Shown: positions 30,591 to 40,504, counted from the first letter of the stretch. The stretch is 64,000 bases of DNA from Novosphingobium sp. (GCA_017987575.1 JAGNTK010000001.1:46160-110159), one strand, 5' to 3'. Notes: generated by a model not told the origin, from the sequence alone. Made by a program: numbers and translations.

Positions 30591-31202
30591 TTAGAGCCCG
30601 CGGATCCCATCGATGTCGAGATCGACCACCCGGCCGCGCTCGATCTTGCAGCTGAATGAGCCCGAGTCATAACCACGGTGGTTGCTGTTGTAGCCACGAT
30701 AGTCGCCGCCCCAACCCTGGCCGTAGTTGCTGTCGCCCCGGCGCCAATCGCGGTTGTGGGTCTTGACGGCGATCCGGCCCTTCACTTCCAGACCATAACG
30801 GGTGTCGCGGATCTGGCGAATGTCGGTCACGTCCGCCCGGCCATAGCGCTGGCTGGCAAAACGTTCGGCGGCGCGGACGCACTGTTCAACTGCTGCACGC
30901 GGGTTGTCGCGATAGCCGTAACCGTCGCGGCCTTCGTAGCCCGCCCGGTCATAGCGGTAATCACCACCGCGGTTGTCGTCGTAACGGCGATCATCGTAAC
31001 GGCGGTCGTTGCGGCTCGAGGCCGAGGCAATCGCGGCGATCCCGCCAATCACCAGGGCACCGGCGATCACATCGCCTGCGCTGATCCCGCCGCGATCACG
31101 GTCGCGGCCGTCGGCAAAAGCTGGGGAAGCCGAAGTGATTGCCATCGCGCCAGCCGCGACGGTCCCGACAAGTGCTTTGGACAAGTTCTTCATGGCATTC
31201 AT
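30591..31202 (-). CDS. Hypothetical secreted protein, paralog 2
   Basis: Signal peptide ending PAFA, AGDVIAGALVIGGIAAIASASS segment, R/D/Y-rich linker, two-Cys C-terminal domain. Confidence 0.82.
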   Translation of the reverse strand: MNAMKNLSKALVGTVAAGAMAITSASPAFADGRDRDRGGISAGDVIAGALVIGGIAAIASASSRNDRRYDDRRYDDNRGGDYRYDRAGYEGRDGYGYRDNPRAAVEQCVRAAERFASQRYGRADVTDIRQIRDTRYGLEVKGRIAVKTHNRDWRRGDSNYGQGWGGDYRGYNSNHRGYDSGSFSCKIERGRVVDLDIDGIRGL

Positions 31203-31263
31203 CCTTCAAGTGGTCCGAACGGGAATGTCCGGGCTTGAGGATGGTTTACCGATTCGGCTGTGG

Positions 31264-31305
31264 CGCGAAGCTGAACCCGCTTGTTAGCTGACGTTCAGCT
31301 TCGCG
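31264..31305. repeat. 13-bp perfect inverted repeat
   Basis: CGCGAAGCTGAAC-N16-GTTCAGCTTCGCG. Confidence 0.75.
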
Positions 31306-31326
31306 GCCACTTTCATGAACGGCCCG

Positions 31327-33636
31327 TCATTTGGCCGGAACGGCCAATCCGGTCCACTGCGCCAAAAAGGACAGGATGTCGGCGTTCTCCGCGACAACCT
31401 TGTCCGTCGGCTTGCCAGCCCCGTGCCCGGCCCGCGTCTCGATCCGGATCAGGTGCGGTTTGCCGTTCGGATTGGCGGCCTGCAGCGCGGCGGTATATTT
31501 GAAGCTGTGACCCGGCACCACGCGGTCATCGGTATCGGCGGTAGTGACCAGCATCGCCGGATAGGCCACACCGCTGCGGATGTTGTGATAGGGTGAATAG
31601 GCCCGCAGCACGCGCCAATCGGCTTCCTTGCTGGGATAGCCATAGTCATCGGTCCAATAGCGTCCGGCGGTGAACTTGTCGAAGCGCAGCATGTCCATCA
31701 CGCCGACCGCGGCATTGGCCGCTGCGAACAGATCGGGCCGCTGGTTGACCACCGCGCCGACCAGCAAGCCGCCGTTCGATCCGCCCTGGATCGCGAGGCC
31801 GCCCTTTGGCGTGATCCCTTCGGCGATCAGGTATTCCCCGGCGGCAATGAAATCGTCGAACACGTTCTGTTTATTGGCGAGCCGTCCGGCATCGTGCCAG
31901 GCCTTGCCGTATTCACCGCCACCGCGCAGGTTGGCCATGACGAACACCCCGCCTGCTTCCAGCCAGGCCATTCGCGTGGCGGAGAAGCCGGGGGTCAGCG
32001 AGACGTCGAATCCGCCATAGCCATAAAGCAGCGTCGGGGCGGCCTTGCCTTCTGCCGCCAAGCCCTTTTTGCGGACGATGAACATCGGCACCTTGGTGCC
32101 ATCTTTCGAAGCGTAGAACCGCTGTTCGACCACATAGTCAGCCGGGTCGAAAGTCAGCTTGGGCTGGGCAAAGACCGTGCTGACACCAGTGTTGCTATCA
32201 AACCGATAGATCGCACCGGGCTGGTTGAAGCTGGAGAAGGAATAGAATGTCTCTGGATCGCCGGGCCGCCCGGAGAACCCAGCGGCGGTTCCGATCGCAT
32301 TGAGCGTGATCTCTCTGACTGGCTTGCCATCAAGCGAGACCATTTCGGCAGTCGAGACGGCATCCTTGAGATAGTTTAAGATTAGCCTGTTGCCGACGAT
32401 CCTCGCTCGTTCAAGGGTTTCGGGACGTTCAGGGATGATGTCGGTGAAGGTCCAGTCATCTTTGTCTGACTTGGAATGATAGCATGCAAGCTCGTCGCAC
32501 GATTTGAGTTTGAGCATACCCGCCGGGTCAAAAGTCACCCTTACAACCTTGAGTTTTGGCGCGCCCTTGTTGGTCATAAAATAGAGCGTATCACCCATCC
32601 CCTCGATCAGGCGCCAGTCGTGATCGAGCCCTTTTACCAGCGGAACGGCCTGCCAGCCTCGCCGAAGCAGCTTGCCCTTCTTAGGACCCACCACACTAGC
32701 CCCAGCGCCCATCACACGGCCCTGCCCAGCGAGCGGGATCACGTGTAGCTCAAACTTATTGTCCGTCCCTTTGGACGTAGTGATCACCACCCAGCGGCCG
32801 TCATCGGTCACTTCGGCACCATGGCCCAGCTCAGGGTGATCGGGCGTCGAATAGACCAGCTGATCAGCCGATTGCGGCGTTCCAATCTTGTGGAAGTAAA
32901 CCGCTTGATTGGTGTTAGGCTGCTGGAATGCCTGCCCCTCCTTCGGCTCAGGAAAGCGTGAATAGAGGAAGCCGGTGTTGCCAATCCAGGAAATGCCGGT
33001 GAACTTGGCCCACTTGATCTCGTCCTTAAGGACTTTGCCCTTGGTCGCGTCCATAAGTTTGATCACGCGCCAGTCAGAGCCACCATCCTGAATCGCATAG
33101 GCCAACAGCTTGCCATTGTCCGATGGAACCCAGTCGGCCAGCGCGGTCGCACCGTCCTTGGCCCAGGCATTCGGATCGATCAGCAGCCGCGGGGCGCCAT
33201 TCAGCCCCTTGCGGACGAACAGCTGCGATTGGTTCTGCAGCCCCGAATTGCGCATGTAGAAATAGTTCGCCCCAGCCTTTTGCGGCAGGCCAAAGCGTTC
33301 GTAATCAGTCAGCGACCGTATCCGCTGCGCGAACCATCCGCGCTGGGGCAATGTGGCTAGATAGCTCTGTGTGATGCCGTTCTGCTGCCCAACCCACTGC
33401 GCCACCGCCGGATCGGTTCGCACATCGTTTTCCAGCCAGCGATAGGGATCGGCCACCGCCTCCCCAAACTGGGTATCGATAACGCCTCCCTTGGCAGTTT
33501 GGGGATAAGCCAATTTCATATCCTGAGCCACGACAGCAGCGGCTGAGACAGCGAGCAAGGCACCAAATACGGCGCGGGTGCGGAACGACACAGAGCTTTC
33601 CCCCAAGTTTTTCGGCCCAAAAGCAATGGGCAGCAC
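31327..33636 (-). CDS. Prolyl oligopeptidase (S9A), exported
   Basis: VADPYRWLE, YGYGGF, GGSNGG (Ser), DDRV (Asp), AGHG (His); true start may be slightly downstream. Confidence 0.93.
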   Translation of the reverse strand: MLPIAFGPKNLGESSVSFRTRAVFGALLAVSAAAVVAQDMKLAYPQTAKGGVIDTQFGEAVADPYRWLENDVRTDPAVAQWVGQQNGITQSYLATLPQRGWFAQRIRSLTDYERFGLPQKAGANYFYMRNSGLQNQSQLFVRKGLNGAPRLLIDPNAWAKDGATALADWVPSDNGKLLAYAIQDGGSDWRVIKLMDATKGKVLKDEIKWAKFTGISWIGNTGFLYSRFPEPKEGQAFQQPNTNQAVYFHKIGTPQSADQLVYSTPDHPELGHGAEVTDDGRWVVITTSKGTDNKFELHVIPLAGQGRVMGAGASVVGPKKGKLLRRGWQAVPLVKGLDHDWRLIEGMGDTLYFMTNKGAPKLKVVRVTFDPAGMLKLKSCDELACYHSKSDKDDWTFTDIIPERPETLERARIVGNRLILNYLKDAVSTAEMVSLDGKPVREITLNAIGTAAGFSGRPGDPETFYSFSSFNQPGAIYRFDSNTGVSTVFAQPKLTFDPADYVVEQRFYASKDGTKVPMFIVRKKGLAAEGKAAPTLLYGYGGFDVSLTPGFSATRMAWLEAGGVFVMANLRGGGEYGKAWHDAGRLANKQNVFDDFIAAGEYLIAEGITPKGGLAIQGGSNGGLLVGAVVNQRPDLFAAANAAVGVMDMLRFDKFTAGRYWTDDYGYPSKEADWRVLRAYSPYHNIRSGVAYPAMLVTTADTDDRVVPGHSFKYTAALQAANPNGKPHLIRIETRAGHGAGKPTDKVVAENADILSFLAQWTGLAVPAK

Positions 33637-33760
33637 GGACCGTAACAGTCAGCGCCGCCTTTGCAATTGCCTGCCGATAAAGTGCGGACCACGCTCTTTG
33701 AACGATCGAAACAGCTCTTGGCGAGAACGATCGCAGCAGACCAAGGGGCTTAACCCGGTA

Positions 33761-34255
33761 TCAAAGCCCGCAAGTCACCGCACTGGCCCCGTAAGCGCGG
33801 CTTTCCCCATCAGTCGATCGCAGGTTCTGCACTTCAACCGCTTCTTCGTTGACTATAGGAATGTTGCCATTGGCTTCCACTCGAATTCCGGTCCGTTGCA
33901 GCACCTGCCTCACCACGGCCACCGGCTCACGGAAAAAGATCGAGGTTGATTCATAATGCAGCCCCACTCCAGTCACGGTTAGCCCGCGCCATGACCGCGA
34001 TGGAACACGAACATAGATCGATGCCAATTCCCCGCCGTCCCTTTGCCGCGCGGCCTGTTTGCGCTTGGCAATTCCCTGCTGAACATAGGGATCAATTCCG
34101 GGACCTTTGAAGCAACCCTGATTGGAAATGGCAAAAATGATCGGTGCCGACCTGGGCCGCGCGGATTGGGCCTGCGTACCGAATACACCGCCGATCACTG
34201 CCAGCAACGAAGCCGCCCCGATCAGTCGTGCCACAAAACCTGCCCTATCCGTCAT
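33761..34255 (-). CDS. Hypothetical exported protein
   Basis: 164-aa ORF, ATG behind GGGGA, hydrophobic N-terminus, two Cys; no family recognised. Confidence 0.55.
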   Translation of the reverse strand: MTDRAGFVARLIGAASLLAVIGGVFGTQAQSARPRSAPIIFAISNQGCFKGPGIDPYVQQGIAKRKQAARQRDGGELASIYVRVPSRSWRGLTVTGVGLHYESTSIFFREPVAVVRQVLQRTGIRVEANGNIPIVNEEAVEVQNLRSTDGESRAYGASAVTCGL

Positions 34256-34355
34256 GGTGCATCTATCCCCTGCTGATCCCGAAGTGGGAGCCTAAACCCG
34301 AATTGCAGCCATTTTATTGAACGCACTTTGCTCCGCAGTGAACGACCTTAGAATC

Positions 34356-34396
34356 ACGAAGGGGCCGACTGCCAGTCTGGCAGTCGGCCCCTTCGT
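34356..34396 (-). terminator. Long hairpin ending the alpha operon
   Basis: ACGAAGGGGCCGACTGCCA-GTC-TGGCAGTCGGCCCCTTCGT, 19-bp perfect stem 20 nt after the rplQ stop. Confidence 0.75.
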
Positions 34397-34415
34397 TGCT
34401 TCGCGCGTTAGCCGA

Positions 34416-34829
34416 TCAGTCTTCAGCGTCGTCGGTGTAAACCGGACCCGAATCCTGGCCGCGAGCCGAAACGTCGCGATCGACAAGCTCGATGATCGCC
34501 ATTGGCGAGGCGTCGCCGGCCCGGATCCCGGCCTTGATCACGCGGGTGTAACCACCGGCGCGGTCAGCATAACGCTCTGCCAGTGTGCTGAACAGCTTGA
34601 CCAGTTGGGCATCGTCGAGAAGGCGAGCGTGAGCCAGACGGCGGTTGGAAAGCCCACCATGCTTGGCCAGCGTGATCAACTTTTCAACGTAGGGGCGCAG
34701 TTCGCGGGCCTTGGGCAGCGTGGTCTTGATCTGCTCGTGCTTGATCAGCGCGGCGGCCATGTTGCGGAACAGAGCCTTGCGATGGCTCGATGTGCGGTTG
34801 AGCTTACGCCCGCCAAGTTTATGACGCAT
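34416..34829 (-). CDS. rplQ: 50S ribosomal protein L17
   Basis: [20 protein letters not shown] ... GGYTR. Confidence 0.98.
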   Translation of the reverse strand: MRHKLGGRKLNRTSSHRKALFRNMAAALIKHEQIKTTLPKARELRPYVEKLITLAKHGGLSNRRLAHARLLDDAQLVKLFSTLAERYADRAGGYTRVIKAGIRAGDASPMAIIELVDRDVSARGQDSGPVYTDDAED

Positions 34830-34839
34830 TGTATAGTCC

Positions 34840-34880
34840 TTCGTTCGTATGGGGCCCGTATCAGGTAGCCCGATCCTGGC
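34840..34880 (-). ncRNA. Putative L17 ribosomal leader element
   Basis: GGCUACCUGAUACGGGCC just upstream of the rplQ SD; resembles from memory the L17 Actino-Proteobacteria leader core. Confidence 0.45.
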
Positions 34881-34943
34881 AGCGCTTGCGGCGGCCGCCG
34901 AATGCCGGTTGGCGGGACGCCCGAAAGCGCCCCGCCCAATTTC

Positions 34944-36002
34944 TTAACCCAGCAGCTCTTGTTCGAGCTTCTTGGCCATTTCTTCGATGTTCTCAGGCGG
35001 CCAGCCGGGGATGTCCATGCCGAGGCGCAGGCCCATCGAGCTCAGGACTTCCTTGATCTCGTTGAGGCTCTTGCGGCCAAAGTTCGGCGTGCGGAGCATC
35101 TCGGCCTCGGTCTTCTGGACCAGGTCGCCGATGTAGATGATGTTGTCGTTCTTGAGGCAGTTGGCCGAACGCACCGACAGCTCCAATTCGTCGACCTTCT
35201 TGAGCAGGTAACGGTTGAGCTGATTGGTATCGCCTTCTTCAGCCGGAGCCGCTGCCACACCGATCATCGGCGAGGAGCCCATCGGCACCGCGTCTTCGAA
35301 GTGGACGAACAGCGCCAGCTGATCCTGGAGGATCCGCGCGGCATAGGCCACAGCATCCTCAGGGGTAACAGTGCCATCGGTTTCGACGGTCAGGCTGAGC
35401 TTGTCGTAGTCGAGCTCCTGCCCGATGCGGGCATTGTCGACCTTGTACGAAACCTGACGGACTGGCGAATAGAGCGAGTCGACCGGGATAAGCCCGATCG
35501 GCGCGTCAATCGGACGATTGCCGACAGCTGGGACATAACCCTTGCCGCTGTCTGCGGTCAGTTCCATGTTGAGCGTCGCGCCTTCGTCGAGATGACAAAT
35601 GACGAGGTCCTTGTTCATGACCTCAATGTCGCCCGAGACCGCGATATCGCCGGCCTTCACTTCAGCCGGACCAGTGGCCGACAGCTGAAGCCGCTTTGGT
35701 CCTTCGCCCTGCATCCGCAGTGCAATCTGCTTCACGTTGAGCACAATGTCGGTCACGTCTTCACGCACCCCGGCCAGAGAGCTGAATTCGTGCAGCACGT
35801 TTTCGATCTTGATCGAAGTGATCGCAGCACCCTGCAACGACGAGAGCAGCACGCGGCGCAGCGCGTTGCCCAGCGTCAGGCCGAAGCCGCGCTCCAGCGG
35901 TTCGGCAACGAAGGTTGCGAGGCGCTTGGCATCGGCACCCGACTTCACTTCGAGGCTGTTGGGCTTCTTCAGTTCCTGCCAGTTCTTGATATTGACAGAC
36001 AT
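34944..36002 (-). CDS. rpoA: RNA polymerase alpha subunit
   Basis: [22 protein letters not shown] ... [11 protein letters not shown] ... NFGRKSL. Confidence 0.99.
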   Translation of the reverse strand: MSVNIKNWQELKKPNSLEVKSGADAKRLATFVAEPLERGFGLTLGNALRRVLLSSLQGAAITSIKIENVLHEFSSLAGVREDVTDIVLNVKQIALRMQGEGPKRLQLSATGPAEVKAGDIAVSGDIEVMNKDLVICHLDEGATLNMELTADSGKGYVPAVGNRPIDAPIGLIPVDSLYSPVRQVSYKVDNARIGQELDYDKLSLTVETDGTVTPEDAVAYAARILQDQLALFVHFEDAVPMGSSPMIGVAAAPAEEGDTNQLNRYLLKKVDELELSVRSANCLKNDNIIYIGDLVQKTEAEMLRTPNFGRKSLNEIKEVLSSMGLRLGMDIPGWPPENIEEMAKKLEQELLG

Positions 36003-36115
36003 GGACGTCCCCTTGGGGTTATATTCTGGCGAGACTGGCCGAAATCCTCAAATCCGAGGAACCGCGACCAATCCGAAACTGCGACCAGACCGGACGTCTG
36101 GCCGCGAACGGCAAA

Positions 36116-36505
36116 TCAGACGCGGCGACGCTTTGATGGCCGCACACCGTTGTGCGGGATCGGCGTTACGTCGCGGATCGAAGTGATCGTGAAGCCCACG
36201 GCCTGCAAAGCACGCAGCGCGCTTTCACGGCCCGAACCCGGGCCCTTCACTTCGACTTCAAGGGTACGCACGCCGTGTTCGGCGGCTTTCTTACCGGCGT
36301 CGTCCGCAGCCACCTGAGCGGCATAAGGGGTCGACTTGCGGCTGCCCTTGAAGCCCATCGCGCCGGCGCTGGACCACGAAATGGCGTTCCCTTGCGCGTC
36401 GGTGATGGTGATCATGGTGTTGTTGAAGCTGGCGTTCACATGAGCGATGCCGCTCGAGATGTTCTTCCGCTCGCGGCGCTTAATGCGCTGGGGTTCGCGT
36501 GCCAT
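36116..36505 (-). CDS. rpsK: 30S ribosomal protein S11
   Basis: [26 protein letters not shown]. Confidence 0.99.
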   Translation of the reverse strand: MAREPQRIKRRERKNISSGIAHVNASFNNTMITITDAQGNAISWSSAGAMGFKGSRKSTPYAAQVAADDAGKKAAEHGVRTLEVEVKGPGSGRESALRALQAVGFTITSIRDVTPIPHNGVRPSKRRRV

Positions 36506-36562
36506 GGTATGTTCCTACTCGAATATCGGGAAGTGAGAGCTGATGACCGTGAGGCCGTCTGC

Positions 36563-36931
36563 TTACTTCTTCTTGCCGGCGATCGGCTTGGCCTTGCCCT
36601 TGCGGGTGCGGGCGTTAGTGTGCGTGCGCTGACCGCGAACGGGCAGGCCCTTACGGTGACGCAGGCCGCGATAGCAGGCCAAGTCCATCAAGCGCTTGAT
36701 GTTCATCGCGGTTTCGCGGCGAAGATCGCCTTCAACCGTATGATCACCGTCGATCGCTTCGCGGATCTGCAGGACTTCCTGGTCCGACAGGTCATTCACA
36801 CGGCGGGTGTGATCGATACCGATCTTGTCGACAATCTGGCGGGCCTTGAACGAGCCGATACCGTGAATGTAGGTGAGCGCGATCAAAACGCGCTTGTTGG
36901 TGGGGATGTTTACCCCGGCAATACGAGCCAC
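36563..36931 (-). CDS. rpsM: 30S ribosomal protein S13
   Basis: [10 protein letters not shown] ... [18 protein letters not shown]. Confidence 0.99.
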   Translation of the reverse strand: MARIAGVNIPTNKRVLIALTYIHGIGSFKARQIVDKIGIDHTRRVNDLSDQEVLQIREAIDGDHTVEGDLRRETAMNIKRLMDLACYRGLRHRKGLPVRGQRTHTNARTRKGKAKPIAGKKK

Positions 36932-37077
36932 TTAATTCTCCATGCTCCACAGGGTCCAACCAAACGGCCAAACCCCATCTCAACGCTTCACTTCGGCTAG
37001 AACGGCAAAAAGCCCGGTTGGCGCGCACAAACGCTTTCGCCTGCCAGACTGACCCCGTTTTTGTCGAGTGAAGCGCG

Positions 37078-37106
37078 CGCTTAGGGCGATTCGCTTGCCA
37101 TGTCAA
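37078..37106 (-). promoter_or_regulatory. Alpha-operon promoter
   Basis: TTGACA-N17-TAAGCG followed by GC-rich CGCGC. Confidence 0.7.
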
Positions 37107-37139
37107 CGCCCTGACGGTGCGGAATACTGCAAGCGGGGT

Positions 37140-37730
37140 TCAAATGCGTGGCGGCTTCGAATCCACCTCGATTGGGGCTAGCCATCCCACAAGCCGTGTC
37201 AGTTGTTCACCCAAGACCTTGTCAACGAGCGGCGCAATCTGTTCAGGGTTCATCCTCATATAACCGCCGACCACATAGTCCCACTCGATCCGGGTTCCAC
37301 CTTCGATCGGTTTGAGCGTTATCGTCAGCGTGCCATGCAAAGCTTCACCCTGCAGCGGTCCCAGCCCGCCGACCATCCGCAGCACCCCGCGCTGGGGATC
37401 GGCATAGACCACGTGCATGTGTTCAACGCTTCCCATCCGCTGCTCAGCAGGCGCATCAGCGGGCTTGGGCAGCTTCTCGCAAAAACAGCCGGTGGCTTGC
37501 GCGTCGAGCCAAAGGTTGCTCGCGTCGCCGGTATAGGTGTGTTCGCCTGACCACCACTTGCTGGGGGTGATCAGAGCCTTCCAGGCATCGCTCTGGGTTG
37601 CGGTCGTATCGGCGGACAGCTTGATCACGAAACCGGCAGACGACTGCGTGACCACTTCGGCCTGCGCCATCGACACGGGAGCGGCGACAAGCGCCATCAA
37701 CGCGACTGCAGCTAGCCTGGCTTTGATCAC
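37140..37730 (-). CDS. Exported SRPBCC-family protein
   Basis: Signal peptide, PSKWWSGEHTY, GCFCE, GGLGPLQ, VDKVLGEQ. Confidence 0.75.
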   Translation of the reverse strand: MIKARLAAVALMALVAAPVSMAQAEVVTQSSAGFVIKLSADTTATQSDAWKALITPSKWWSGEHTYTGDASNLWLDAQATGCFCEKLPKPADAPAEQRMGSVEHMHVVYADPQRGVLRMVGGLGPLQGEALHGTLTITLKPIEGGTRIEWDYVVGGYMRMNPEQIAPLVDKVLGEQLTRLVGWLAPIEVDSKPPRI

Positions 37731-37781
37731 TTCTATCTCTCCCCTCGGTTGGCCGAGGGGAGAGAATCCCGCCGTGCCGTG

Positions 37782-38429
37782 CTAGGCAGCCATAATCCGT
37801 TCGATCGCGGCTGTCACATGATCGATTTCAGCCATGCCGTTGACCCGTGAAACAATCCCGCGTTCGTCATAGATCGGCAGGATCGGCGCAGTCTTTGCGC
37901 GATACTCGCCCATCCGGGTGCGCACAGTTTCCTCGTTATCATCCGGGCGGCGCTTGAATTCAGTCGACCCGCACTTGTCGCAAGTGCCGGGAAGCTTGGG
38001 CTGCTCAAACTTGTCGTGATAGCCCTTGCCGCAATTGGCGCAGGTAAAACGGCCGCAAATGCGCTCAACCAGCGCATCTTCATCGACTTCAAGTTCGATC
38101 ACCCGATCAAGGTGCCGGCCCCGCTCGGCCAGCAGTTTGTCAAGCGACTCAGCTTGCGCCGCGGTGCGCGGATAGCCATCGAAGATTGCGCCCACCGATG
38201 GCCCCATCGCGTCCAGCTCTTCGCCGATCAGCGCCGAAACGATCTCATCCGAGACCAGCTCCCCGCGCTCCATCACGGCCTTGGCCTGCAGACCAACTGG
38301 TGTCGCGGCCTTGACCGCCGCACGCAGCATATCGCCGGTGGAAAGCTGGCGCATTCCGAACTTTTCAACGAGACGCTGAGCCTGAGTGCCCTTGCCGGCT
38401 CCCGGTGGTCCGAGCAGGATGATGTTCAC
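37782..38429 (-). CDS. adk: Adenylate kinase (four-Cys LID)
   Basis: GPPGAGKGTQ, STGDMLR, DGYPRT, CANC...CDKC. Confidence 0.98.
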   Translation of the reverse strand: MNIILLGPPGAGKGTQAQRLVEKFGMRQLSTGDMLRAAVKAATPVGLQAKAVMERGELVSDEIVSALIGEELDAMGPSVGAIFDGYPRTAAQAESLDKLLAERGRHLDRVIELEVDEDALVERICGRFTCANCGKGYHDKFEQPKLPGTCDKCGSTEFKRRPDDNEETVRTRMGEYRAKTAPILPIYDERGIVSRVNGMAEIDHVTAAIERIMAA

Positions 38430-38483
38430 GGCAACTCCCCCGAATTGTCTGTTAGCCTAGGCTGCCCGCCGAGCCGCGCCCGA

Positions 38484-39833
38484 TCAGCGCATCCGGCCCT
38501 TCAGTTTCGCCTTCTTGATCAAATCGCCATACTGGTGCGCCAGCAGGTGCGATTGAATCTGCGTGATCGTATCGACGGTGACATTGACCACGATCAGCAA
38601 ACTGGTGCCGCCAAGGAACAATGCCCCGACCCCGGTTTGCGCGATAACGTATTCGGGCACAACACAGACGAAAGTCAGGTAAAGCGCCCCGACCACGGTA
38701 ATCCGGGTCAGCACATAATCCAGATAGGTCGCGGTGCTCTTGCCCGGGCGGATGCCGGGAATGAACCCGCCGTTGCGCTTCAGGTTTTCCGAAGTTTCCT
38801 CAGGGTTGAACACCACAGCAGTATAGAAGAATGCGAAGAACATGATGCCCAAGGCATAGAGGATCATATAGGTCGGTTTACCGTGACCCAGATACTGGTT
38901 GAGCGACACGATAAACGAACCCCAGGCCGAATCCTGCGAAATCGAATTTCCAGCAAACTGCGTGATGGTCAGCGGCAGCAGCAACAGCGAGCTGGCAAAG
39001 ATCGGCGGGATAACCCCCGCGGTATTGAGCTTCAGCGGCAAGTGGCTGCGATCGGCCTGCATCATGCCGTTTTGGCTGGCACGCTTGGGATACTGGATCA
39101 GCAACCGCCGTGTGGCGCGCTCCATGAAACAGATCAGCAGCACCAGACCCACCAACATGGCGATCAGCCCAAAGATCAGGAAGCCAGAAATCGATCCGGT
39201 CCGGCCACCTTCAAACAGGTTGGAAATGAAGGTCGGCAACTGCGCCACGATCCCGGCCATGATGATCAGCGACGTACCGTTGCCAATCCCGCGGCTGGTG
39301 ATCTGTTCGCCAAGCCACAGCAGAAACATCGTTCCACCAACCAGCGAGATCAGGCCGGCAACATAAAACAGCGGCCCCGGATTGATCGCAAAGCCTTGAA
39401 CTTCGGCAGCACGCAGCGCCGCATAGCCTTGGATCAAGGCCAGGAATACCGCACCATAGCGCGAATACTGGTTCAACTTACGCCGCCCGCTTTCGCCCTC
39501 TTTCTTGAGCGCGGCCAGCGATGGGTGCAGCGACGAGGCCAGCTGCACCACGATTGACGCCGTGATATAGGGCATCACCCCCAGCGTGATCAGGCTGTAC
39601 TGCGAAAGCGCACCGCCCGAGAACATGTTGAAAAAGTCCAGCACGCCGCCGGCATTGCGATCCAGAAACTGCTTCAGCGCGATCGGATTAATCCCCGGCA
39701 GCGGCACAAAGGCCAGAAACCGGAATACGATCAGGGCGCCTAGTGTAAACCAGATGCGCTTCTTAAGCTCGGTCGCCTTGGAAAAGTTGGCGAGGCTCAT
39801 GTTGCTCGCGATATTGTCGGCGCGTGATGCCAT
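38484..39833 (-). CDS. secY: Preprotein translocase SecY
   Basis: LGVMPYITASIVVQL, GIGNGTSL, GVIPPIFA, FIPGIRPG, GGTSLLI. Confidence 0.99.
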   Translation of the reverse strand: MASRADNIASNMSLANFSKATELKKRIWFTLGALIVFRFLAFVPLPGINPIALKQFLDRNAGGVLDFFNMFSGGALSQYSLITLGVMPYITASIVVQLASSLHPSLAALKKEGESGRRKLNQYSRYGAVFLALIQGYAALRAAEVQGFAINPGPLFYVAGLISLVGGTMFLLWLGEQITSRGIGNGTSLIIMAGIVAQLPTFISNLFEGGRTGSISGFLIFGLIAMLVGLVLLICFMERATRRLLIQYPKRASQNGMMQADRSHLPLKLNTAGVIPPIFASSLLLLPLTITQFAGNSISQDSAWGSFIVSLNQYLGHGKPTYMILYALGIMFFAFFYTAVVFNPEETSENLKRNGGFIPGIRPGKSTATYLDYVLTRITVVGALYLTFVCVVPEYVIAQTGVGALFLGGTSLLIVVNVTVDTITQIQSHLLAHQYGDLIKKAKLKGRMR

Positions 39834-39976
39834 CGGAACTGGATGCCTTGTCTGAATGCTGGTCTGTCAGACCCGCTCGCGTGGAGTTTCGGGCTCCATA
39901 TAGGGAGCCGGACGCGAAGTCGAACCCCCCAAGCCAAAATCCCCGCCACTTTCGGGCGGGGATCTGGTTGGTCGGC

Positions 39977-40504
39977 TTACTTGGCGGCTTTCGCAGCCTT
40001 GTTGACTTCGCGCCGCGCAGTCTTCTTTTCGTGTTCGCTGAGTCCGGCTTCGGGCAGTTCGACTGAACCGCCAGCCTTTTCAACTGCCGCCTTGGCCCCG
40101 GCCGAAACGCCGTGGACGAAGAACTTGACCTTGGCGGTCAGTTCACCCTTGCCGAGCAGACGCACGCCATCCTTGCCGCCACGGGCCAGGCCAGCAGCCT
40201 TCAGCGCAGCGTGATCGACCACAGCCTTGGCGTCGAGCTTGCCCGCATCGATCGCCTTCTGGATCAGACCGAGGTTCACTTCGGCGAAGTCCTTGGCGAA
40301 GATGTTGTTGAAGCCGCGCTTCGGAATCCGCATGTGGAGCGGCATCTGACCGCCTTCGAAGCCGTTGACGGAAACGCCCGAACGCGCCTTGGCACCCTTC
40401 TGGCCGCGGCCTGCGGTCTTGCCCTTGCCCGAACCAATGCCACGGCCCACGCGCATGCGGGATTTACGGGCACCTTGGTTGTCGCGGATATCATTCAGTT
40501 TCAT
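39977..40504 (-). CDS. rplO: 50S ribosomal protein L15
   Basis: [25 protein letters not shown]. Confidence 0.98.
   Translation of the reverse strand: MKLNDIRDNQGARKSRMRVGRGIGSGKGKTAGRGQKGAKARSGVSVNGFEGGQMPLHMRIPKRGFNNIFAKDFAEVNLGLIQKAIDAGKLDAKAVVDHAALKAAGLARGGKDGVRLLGKGELTAKVKFFVHGVSAGAKAAVEKAGGSVELPEAGLSEHEKKTARREVNKAAKAAK

Noticed and set aside
30930-31020. Short repeats (CGTAAC/GTCGT units) as a CRISPR or DNA repeat array
   Set aside because: They encode the DRRYDDRRYDD low-complexity linker; no constant repeat-spacer period and no cas genes.
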